Shown here piece after piece: positions 54,003 to 61,445 of a stretch of DNA of 64,000 nucleotides. Both the position numbers and the translations under genes were made by a program. The notes beneath the pieces are model-generated. The model was not told the DNA's origin and did not search any database. It saw only the letters and a program-made list of their open reading frames with translations. The stretch is taken from the IMG/VR virus record IMGVR_UViG_3300025133_000069, positions 1 to 64,000 of that record. One strand, given 5' to 3'. This DNA is from a virus. Numbering within the stretch: the first letter of the stretch is position 1; each line of letters starts with the position of its first letter.

Positions 54003-55627
54003 AATTTGTTTTCATAGCTGATTTTTTTTCTAATGAAATTTGTGGAGGCGGCGAACTCAATAATCAATATTTAATTGAATCTTTGAGAAAAAAAGGCCAT
54101 GAAGTTGAAGAGAAGAAATCAGTTGATGTAATATATAAATTTTTAGAAGACAATTGTGAATCTAATTTTATAATTGCTAATTTTGTACAATTAAATCCTG
54201 TATTTATACAAAAAATACAAAAATTAAAATATATTATATATGAGCATGACCACAAATATATAAAATCTAGAAATCCGGCGTTATATCATAACTACAAAGT
54301 ACCTAAAAACCAATTAATCAACGAAAACTTCTATAAAAATGCAATTTCGGTTTTTTGCCAAAGCGATTTACATGCAGAAATCGTAAATAAAAATCTTAAT
54401 ATAGAAAATATCAAGAATTTAAGCGGCAACATGTGGTCTACCGAAACCCTTGATTTGCTTGAAAAACTGTCTAAAAATTCCAAAAAAGATCGTTTTTCAG
54501 TGATGGAATCTTCAATTTCACATAAAAATACGCCTGGTGCCGTTAGATATTGTGAATCTAAAGAAGAAGAATACCAGTTGATAAGATCTTCAGATTATTA
54601 TAATTTTTTAGAGCAATTATCGGGTAATAATAAGTTTGCTTTCTTTCCGCAAACACCAGAAACCCTATCTAGAGTATCTGTAGAGGCGCGCATGCTCAAT
54701 GTTGAGGTGCATATAAATTCTAAAGTCGGCGCAGCAGGAGAGCCTTGGTTTAAACTTAAAGGCAAAAAGCTGATTGATTTTATGCGTAAGAGAAAATCTG
54801 AAATTACAAGTGCTGTTGAACACGTATTCGAAGGTGGGAAAATAACAAGGTCTTTAAAGGAAGCGCCCCTACCAAAAATTTCTTTAATTACATCTCTGTA
54901 TAAAGGAGATGACCATATTGAAGCTTTTATGAAGAATATAACGTCACAAAGCATATTTGAAGAATGTGAATTGATTATAATTAATGCTAATTCTCCTGGG
55001 AGTGAGTCAGAAGTTATAGAAAAGTATATGAAAAAGCATTCGAATATCATATACGAGAAATTAGATAAAGATCCAGGAATCTATGGCTGTTGGAATCTAG
55101 CCATAGAAAAATCATCGGGAGAATTTATATCTAACGCAAACTTAGATGATAGAAGATCAAAACAGCATGTTGAAATATTAGCTACGAAACTTATGAACAA
55201 TCCAGATGTTGATTTGGTCTATTCGGAATGCTTTCTAACTAAAAAAGATCATGAAAGCTATATAAATAACTCTTCTGATGGGGAAACATATCCAATAATT
55301 GATTTCTCCCCCGAAGCAATGATAAAGTGTCTACCTGGCTGTATGCCTATTTGGCGAAGATCAATGCATAAAAAAGTTGGGAATTTTAATGAAAAGTATA
55401 AATTTGCTGGCGACTGGGATATGTGGTTGCGGGCAGTTAAGAATGGTTCACGCTTTAAACGAATTGAAGGTGCCCATGGACTTTATTACTTCAATCCGAA
55501 AGGTCTGTCAACAGATAAAACGAAAGAACATGAAAAATATAAAGAGGAAAAAGTTGTATTTCACGAGTATGCCGAGGTATTTGGAAAAGAAAACTGCAAT
55601 CGGTATAGAGAATATTTTTCACAATGA
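53999..55627 (+). CDS. Glycosyltransferase fusion (GT-B-like N-half plus GT2 C-half)
   Basis: GGGE...ETLSRVSVEA; KISLITSLY, GIYGCWN, NANLDD, AGDWDMWLR. Confidence 0.85.
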   Translation: MKFVFIADFFSNEICGGGELNNQYLIESLRKKGHEVEEKKSVDVIYKFLEDNCESNFIIANFVQLNPVFIQKIQKLKYIIYEHDHKYIKSRNPALYHNYKVPKNQLINENFYKNAISVFCQSDLHAEIVNKNLNIENIKNLSGNMWSTETLDLLEKLSKNSKKDRFSVMESSISHKNTPGAVRYCESKEEEYQLIRSSDYYNFLEQLSGNNKFAFFPQTPETLSRVSVEARMLNVEVHINSKVGAAGEPWFKLKGKKLIDFMRKRKSEITSAVEHVFEGGKITRSLKEAPLPKISLITSLYKGDDHIEAFMKNITSQSIFEECELIIINANSPGSESEVIEKYMKKHSNIIYEKLDKDPGIYGCWNLAIEKSSGEFISNANLDDRRSKQHVEILATKLMNNPDVDLVYSECFLTKKDHESYINNSSDGETYPIIDFSPEAMIKCLPGCMPIWRRSMHKKVGNFNEKYKFAGDWDMWLRAVKNGSRFKRIEGAHGLYYFNPKGLSTDKTKEHEKYKEEKVVFHEYAEVFGKENCNRYREYFSQ

Positions 55628-56271
55628 AAAAAATTATATCATTTAGCTTATGGGGTGATAAACCGATGTATACCATCGGCGCCATTAAAAATGCAGATTT
55701 GGCTCTGGATGTTTATCCCGATTGGATTTGTCGTTACTATGTTGGTAAGTCTGTACCAATTGATATAATTACATCGCTTGTGGAGAGAAAAAATACCGAA
55801 GTATTTGTGATGAACGAACAAGGTGACTGGACGGGAATGTTTTGGAGATTCTATCCAGCATCAGATGCTGATGTTGACATCATGATTTCTCGTGATACGG
55901 ATAGTCGCTTGAACTTAAGAGAAAAAGCAGCAGTTGAAGAATGGCTAACAAGCGATAAAGATTTCCATATCATGAGAGATCATCCTCATCACGCAACAGA
56001 GATCTTGGGAGGTATGTGGGGAATACGGGGTAACAGGTTATCAAACATGAAACAAATGATTCGTGATTATACGAAGGGTGATTTTTGGCAAATTGATCAA
56101 AATTTCTTAAAAGAAAGGGTATATCCTGTTATAATAAATCATGTTTGTGTGCATGATGAATATTTTGAAAAAAAACCATTTCCAACTAAAAGAGTACCAA
56201 AAAGCTTTGTAGGCCAAGCTTATAATAAAAACGATGAAATAATGTATCCAGAGCATGCGAAGATGTTATGA
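55624..56271 (+). CDS. Putative GT-A-like glycan-modifying protein
   Basis: KIISFSLWG, MFWRF, ISRDTDSR (DxD), MRDHP, GGMWG, DQNFL. Confidence 0.65.
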   Translation: MKKIISFSLWGDKPMYTIGAIKNADLALDVYPDWICRYYVGKSVPIDIITSLVERKNTEVFVMNEQGDWTGMFWRFYPASDADVDIMISRDTDSRLNLREKAAVEEWLTSDKDFHIMRDHPHHATEILGGMWGIRGNRLSNMKQMIRDYTKGDFWQIDQNFLKERVYPVIINHVCVHDEYFEKKPFPTKRVPKSFVGQAYNKNDEIMYPEHAKML

Positions 56272-56286
56272 AAATAAGGAGTAATA

Positions 56287-56535
56287 ATGGGCGTAATACA
56301 AAAAATACTTTCAGTTGCGAAAATAAGTGAAAAACGAGGATCACAAGTTGAAATTGAATTAAATGAAAATGATCATCATTCTGCTCCAAAAGTAAATGGA
56401 TTGGGAGGCGTTATTCATCTTCAAAACGATGTTTGGAGGATTGAAATGTTTCTTCCTGAATTCATAGAGTTCGCCACATGTTGTGTTGAGGCAGGCCAAA
56501 AATTGAAAAAAAATAAGAATATAACAAATGAATAA
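56287..56535 (+). CDS. Small hypothetical protein, paralogous to the N-terminus of 57178
   Basis: IHLQNDVWRIEMFLPEFIEFATCC versus IHIHYNNIRLDYSIKELLSFATAC. Confidence 0.65.
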   Translation: MGVIQKILSVAKISEKRGSQVEIELNENDHHSAPKVNGLGGVIHLQNDVWRIEMFLPEFIEFATCCVEAGQKLKKNKNITNE

Positions 56536-57157
56536 AATTCAACTAATAGAGCAGACATTTAGCGAAATAGATAAACAGTTCCAATTTATTACTTTAAGGA
56601 ATTTTCATTTAATTCCTGCGCAGTCCTCTAAAAAAAATGATATAGACATATTAATATCAAAAGCTGACTCTAAAAAACTAATGAAACTTATGTCGGACAT
56701 GGATTACCAAGTATTTTATGATTGGAATACAGAATATCTTTATGGCGCCAATAGTCATATTCATTGTGTAAATGATAAAATTGATGTACATTTTGATGTA
56801 GTCCCCGGACTTTATTATAGAAGTTTGCAACAAAGAAATTTATTTATAGGCGGATATGAAAAGCTAGAACAAAGTATGTGGGAAAACAAGAAATGTGTTG
56901 CTGAATGTTATCGATATATCCCCGCCACAGAAGATTTATTAACTCATCTTTGTTGTCATTCTATTTTTGATAAGATGGAAATAACGCAGACTTATAATGA
57001 AATGATAGAAAAATTATATGCCGACGCAGACAAGAAAAAACTAAAAGAATTATTTTCTATAGCTTTTCATAAAGTGGCGGATCATCTAATATCTGTTGTG
57101 GAATCAGGGGATATATCACAATTAGTTAGGGAATATACTCAATACAATGATTATTAA
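56528..57157 (+). CDS. Nucleotidyltransferase-like protein
   Basis: TLRN...NDIDILI, HFDV, LCCHSIFDK. Confidence 0.6.
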   Translation: MNKIQLIEQTFSEIDKQFQFITLRNFHLIPAQSSKKNDIDILISKADSKKLMKLMSDMDYQVFYDWNTEYLYGANSHIHCVNDKIDVHFDVVPGLYYRSLQQRNLFIGGYEKLEQSMWENKKCVAECYRYIPATEDLLTHLCCHSIFDKMEITQTYNEMIEKLYADADKKKLKELFSIAFHKVADHLISVVESGDISQLVREYTQYNDY

Positions 57158-57177
57158 AAAGTAAAAAAGGAGAAAAA

Positions 57178-58134
57178 ATGAGTACCAATACGGGTGTAAT
57201 TCTTTTGGCGTCGAGGTCTAAAGGAGATTATAGGCTTGATATAGAAGATAATATTGGAGAGGGGATTCATATCCATTATAATAATATTAGGCTTGATTAC
57301 AGTATTAAAGAATTGTTAAGTTTTGCAACTGCATGTCAGAAAGCTTTAGAAGAGTTAGGTTTCAATCAGGTGACAAATAAAAAACAAAAACTTTCAGTCT
57401 TTATTTCTGGTCAAGGCTATGTTGAAAAAGAATTTGTGGTAGAAAAATCACTAACTATATGGTCCCCTGGTCCATCATTATCAAAAAGAACTTATGAAAT
57501 TTGGAAGGATTTGGACAATAATAAATATTGGGCTTTGATAAATCAACAAATAGACGCCAGAGTTACTGATAATAAAGAAGTCAATGAGGCTATATTAGAA
57601 TATTCACAACAAAACAATTGGGCTATAGAAACCTATAGATTAGCATCAGATTATACTTTAACAAAATATTATGATGGATATTATCCTGTCGTTATTAACG
57701 AGCCAAGTACTTGGTTTTATAGCGCCAAAGAGTACCAAGATCGCGTTATTTCACACTATTATTCATTTGGCAATCCATATAGAACTGTGCATTATAATGA
57801 CAATGGTACAGATAAAGAGTTGCCTAAATCAGAACATGCGATTGAAAATAGGACAAAGTTTTATAATGAGGCAGTCAAACAACACCAGCAGTTTTCTGAT
57901 GCAACAGATTGTTTCTTTGGAGATATACAGCCAAATAATTTTTTAGCTAATCATGATTTTAGTGACATTAAAATTATTGATGTTTGTTCAATTGAAGTCG
58001 GACACATTAAAGATTTTGTATGTCAGGGTGGAGAAGGAAAGTGGCCTCTACCAGAAAGTCGGTTCGTTGGGCCCAAATCGAACGATCATTTTTATAGAAA
58101 CAAATATCACGCGCCAGGATCCAGGTCACGATAA
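57178..58134 (+). CDS. Protein with C-terminal kinase-like motifs
   Basis: FGDIQPNNFL...IKIIDV resembles the catalytic loop and DFG region of the PK/APH-like superfamily. Confidence 0.5.
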   Translation: MSTNTGVILLASRSKGDYRLDIEDNIGEGIHIHYNNIRLDYSIKELLSFATACQKALEELGFNQVTNKKQKLSVFISGQGYVEKEFVVEKSLTIWSPGPSLSKRTYEIWKDLDNNKYWALINQQIDARVTDNKEVNEAILEYSQQNNWAIETYRLASDYTLTKYYDGYYPVVINEPSTWFYSAKEYQDRVISHYYSFGNPYRTVHYNDNGTDKELPKSEHAIENRTKFYNEAVKQHQQFSDATDCFFGDIQPNNFLANHDFSDIKIIDVCSIEVGHIKDFVCQGGEGKWPLPESRFVGPKSNDHFYRNKYHAPGSRSR

Positions 58135-58151
58135 AAATATGGTGACATAAA

Positions 58152-58343
58152 ATGAAAGAATTATGTATACATCACCATTTAGGCTTAGGAGATCATTTTG
58201 TTTGTAATGGCCTTGTACATGAAGTTTCCAAAAAATATTCTAAAATTCATCTTCCAACAAAGATAAAGAGGTCAAACAGGGGTCTAAGTTTGAAAAGTTT
58301 CAGAGAAACGTTGATACAAAGCTTAAACAGAAAGGCCTTTTAA
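58152..58343 (+). pseudogene. N-terminal fragment of a glycosyltransferase-like gene
   Basis: HHHLGLGDHFVCNGLV start, then the reading loses family character and stops at 63 aa. Confidence 0.55.
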
Positions 58344-58347
58344 GGTA

Positions 58348-59412
58348 ATGAAATTTTTTAATCTAGATTTGCATATTTCTGTTATTTCAGATATAAAATA
58401 TATATTTGAAAAACTAGGTCACCAAGTCGATAATTGGAGTATATCTGGTCATGCGCATATAATGGGCTGGCCCCAAAAAGATTTAGAACATATCAACCAA
58501 AATACTTGGAGAGATATTAATGAAAATTTAATTGAAAAATTTTATGATTCTCATAAGCAAGAACTAGAGAAATATGATGGATTTATTGTTACACATACAC
58601 CTTGTTTTTCTTTGCTATATGAAAAATTTAACAAACCAATTATAACCATTGCTAGTACGAGATACGAGGATCCGTTTTCTAAAGATCGATCTCGTTGGCA
58701 CGGTTTCAATTCTTATCTTAAGAAAAAGATAGACAGCGGCATGATCATACCTGTTGCTAATAATAAATATGATAAAAAATATACAGAGCTTTTTACTAAT
58801 AGACAATGGGAACACATACCTAGTCTTTGCGAATATACAAATTCAAAGTACACTGGACATAAAAAACAGTTTATTTATTCATCAAAGCTGAGAATCAATA
58901 CTTCTTTTCTAGAAAATCTTCTAGAAAAGAACCTCGCCCTAGGCCAAAATTATAAATGGCAAGATCTAGCAGATTATTCTGGTATTGTTAATATACCTTA
59001 TAATGCATCAACAATGTCTTTGTTCGAACAGTATACTTCTAATATCCCCCTGTTCTTTCCTTCGCATAAGTTCCTTTCTCAGCTGAGGGAGACTTTTTTT
59101 AGAAATGGTGTTTTATCTGAACTTTCCTGGAACCAAATCCATGGCTTAGAGTCTAAATCATATATCGTTGACGATAAAAACGATCCAAATAATTTTCTAG
59201 ATAATCAAATCATGATGGAGTGGGCAAAACTTTCTGACTACTATGATCAAGAAAACATGCCGTATATACAATATTTTAATTCTTTTGATCATCTTAAGAA
59301 AATATTAAAAGATACGAATTTAGATATCGTATCACAGAAAATGAAAAAACACAATAATTTTAGAAAAGAAATGGTTTACGATAGATGGAAAACAATATTA
59401 AAAAAGCTTTAG
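58348..59412 (+). CDS. Glycosyltransferase-like protein
   Basis: FNLDLHISVI, IPYNASTMSLFE..NIPLFFP; island context. Confidence 0.6.
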   Translation: MKFFNLDLHISVISDIKYIFEKLGHQVDNWSISGHAHIMGWPQKDLEHINQNTWRDINENLIEKFYDSHKQELEKYDGFIVTHTPCFSLLYEKFNKPIITIASTRYEDPFSKDRSRWHGFNSYLKKKIDSGMIIPVANNKYDKKYTELFTNRQWEHIPSLCEYTNSKYTGHKKQFIYSSKLRINTSFLENLLEKNLALGQNYKWQDLADYSGIVNIPYNASTMSLFEQYTSNIPLFFPSHKFLSQLRETFFRNGVLSELSWNQIHGLESKSYIVDDKNDPNNFLDNQIMMEWAKLSDYYDQENMPYIQYFNSFDHLKKILKDTNLDIVSQKMKKHNNFRKEMVYDRWKTILKKL

Positions 59413-59633
59413 ATAAAAGAATATTAGGAAAAGTGTTAAATATTGATACAGGAATGAACTATAATATACTAGAGTTGGTAAAAATGGTAGAAGGAAAATA
59501 TAAATTTATTCCTCCCCGACCGGGAGAATCTAGAGAAACCTTAGCGGATAACAGCAAAGCAAGAGAATTTCTTTGCTGGCATCCAGAAATTAATTTAAAA
59601 AAATGGATAAAACAGGAGAAAAAACATGCTTAA
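59385..59633 (+). pseudogene. C-terminal remnant of an NAD-dependent sugar epimerase/dehydratase
   Basis: VLNIDTGMNYNILEL...PPRPGESRETLADNSKAREFLCWHP; no Rossmann N-terminus. Confidence 0.75.
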
Positions 59634-59841
59634 ATTATCAAATGAAGCCTTAGGAGCCTTAATGATGGCCTTACAAAAATCATTGCTTGAACAATCAGAT
59701 ATTGTTCCTGTTTTGAAAGGCTTTGATTTCAAAGTTAACGAAGAAAAAGAACTTTATATTATGAATCCTCCAATTGTTAATTATGGCAATGTTAACGAAT
59801 TTGATGAAGAAGACTATCCTATCGACAGCAGCACTGATTGA
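59626..59841 (+). CDS. Hypothetical protein
   Basis: ORF track; AGGAG RBS. Confidence 0.7.
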   Translation: MLKLSNEALGALMMALQKSLLEQSDIVPVLKGFDFKVNEEKELYIMNPPIVNYGNVNEFDEEDYPIDSSTD

Positions 59842-60104
59842 TGCCAAAGTATCGGTATAAATGTAATAGTTGTGAGGTTACCTTTTTTAAACACCATTCT
59901 GTTTCAAATATCTTGGAAAATTGTGAGCATTGTGGTATAGAAGGCTCTTTAAATAAGATCCCTACTAGTTTTAGAGTGACGGAAGCTTTTGATGGCAAAG
60001 TTTCGACTGGCCAAATTGTAAAAAAATCAATTGAAGAGTTCCGTGAAGATTTAAAAGAAGAAAAGCGTCGCTTAAAAGAAAAAGAGTGGCTAGTAGATGA
60101 ATAG
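59841..60104 (+). CDS. FmdB-family zinc-ribbon protein
   Basis: MPKYRYKCNSC...CEHCG. Confidence 0.8.
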   Translation: MPKYRYKCNSCEVTFFKHHSVSNILENCEHCGIEGSLNKIPTSFRVTEAFDGKVSTGQIVKKSIEEFREDLKEEKRRLKEKEWLVDE

Positions 60105-60498
60105 ATATATTTTAGGATTTTCATTAATTTTTAATGCAGTATTATTAATAGTATTATTTGGTTTGATTCCTTTTTTGTTATATTTAAGCGTACTTGCAAA
60201 CCTCTTTTTTGTTTGGTTTGTTAAAAAAAGCCTTGATGAAGCGAGTGAGACAAAAGAAGATATGCTTTTTATTCTAGATTCAACAGAATCCTTTGCAAAT
60301 CATCTAGACAAACTACATGAATTGGAGACTTTTTATGGAGATGAAACACTACAACATTTAATCAATCACTCTAGAGAAATAATTAATAATATTGTAGATA
60401 TACAAGAGAAATATTATGATGTTGAAATAGGATTAGAAACATATGACGATGATAACGAAGAAGCCCAAACGCAAGAGGAGGCCTCGGAAGAAGAATGA
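60097..60498 (+). CDS. Membrane protein (two N-terminal TMs)
   Basis: Hydrophobic N-terminus; LETFYGDETL. Confidence 0.7.
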   Translation: MNRYILGFSLIFNAVLLIVLFGLIPFLLYLSVLANLFFVWFVKKSLDEASETKEDMLFILDSTESFANHLDKLHELETFYGDETLQHLINHSREIINNIVDIQEKYYDVEIGLETYDDDNEEAQTQEEASEEE

Positions 60499-61156
60499 AT
60501 ATTTTACTAAAGTACATGAAAGAGCAGTAATAGAATATGCTTTGTCGGATGACAAGGCTGTGCGCACAAGACTTTATATTGAATTCCTCGGCCCTGCCTT
60601 CGATGAGATGGTTGATAAAATTGTTTATACTTACAAGTTTAATAATCTTCCTAATATAGATTATTTAAAGGATGATTGTAAATTGTGGTTGATGACAATT
60701 TTAGACAAATATGATCCAAATAGAAAATCAAAAGCTTTTTCTTATTTTAGCGTCATAACTAAAAATTGGTTTATTCATAAAGTAAAGCAAAATTCTAAAC
60801 GGCTAAAGAGAGATGTCCAGTATGAAGCCTTAGGCGCCGACTCAGCAAAAGAAGAATTAATAATTCATAATGAGTATGAAAGTAAGAGAGAACAAGCAGA
60901 GTTTTGGTTACACTTGTGGAGAGAGATGGATGATTGGCAAAAATTAAAACTTAAAGACAGTGAAAGAAAAGTTTTAGATGCAATAAAGATTCTTTTTGAA
61001 AGCGTGGATGAAATTGAAATTTTTAATAAAAAAGCTATTTATCTATATATGCGAGAAATAACCGGCATGAATACTAAACAAGTGGTTAATAATTTAAATC
61101 GTATTAGGAAAAGATATAGGAATTTTAAAAGCGAATGGGAAAAGGGAAACGTATAA
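60443..61156 (+). CDS. Phage sigma factor, T4 gp55-like (late transcription)
   Basis: EYFT...AVIEY and region-2-like LDKYDPNRKSKAFSYFSVITKNWF. Confidence 0.75.
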   Translation: MTMITKKPKRKRRPRKKNEYFTKVHERAVIEYALSDDKAVRTRLYIEFLGPAFDEMVDKIVYTYKFNNLPNIDYLKDDCKLWLMTILDKYDPNRKSKAFSYFSVITKNWFIHKVKQNSKRLKRDVQYEALGADSAKEELIIHNEYESKREQAEFWLHLWREMDDWQKLKLKDSERKVLDAIKILFESVDEIEIFNKKAIYLYMREITGMNTKQVVNNLNRIRKRYRNFKSEWEKGNV

Positions 61157-61434
61157 GTTCAGAAGAGTATGTTCAAGAGGCAATCGTTAATATTCGCGAT
61201 GATCGGGCGATCGCGTCGACTTTGCTTATTGATCTAATGAAAGTTCTAAAAGAAGATACAACAAAACATCAATATTCAGGCCCAGTTGCCGCAAAATATT
61301 TAGAAACCCTACAAAGATCGAATGAGCAATTAGTTAAATTGGCTTCTTTAATAGCTAAGAAAGAAGGCGCCGACAGCAGTTTGTCTTCACTTGACAAATC
61401 TGAGATATATGATCTAATAAACGAAGAAAAATGA
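61135..61434 (+). CDS. Hypothetical protein
   Basis: ORF track. Confidence 0.7.
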   Translation: MGKGKRISSEEYVQEAIVNIRDDRAIASTLLIDLMKVLKEDTTKHQYSGPVAAKYLETLQRSNEQLVKLASLIAKKEGADSSLSSLDKSEIYDLINEEK

Positions 61435-61445
61435 GGATTGAATAG

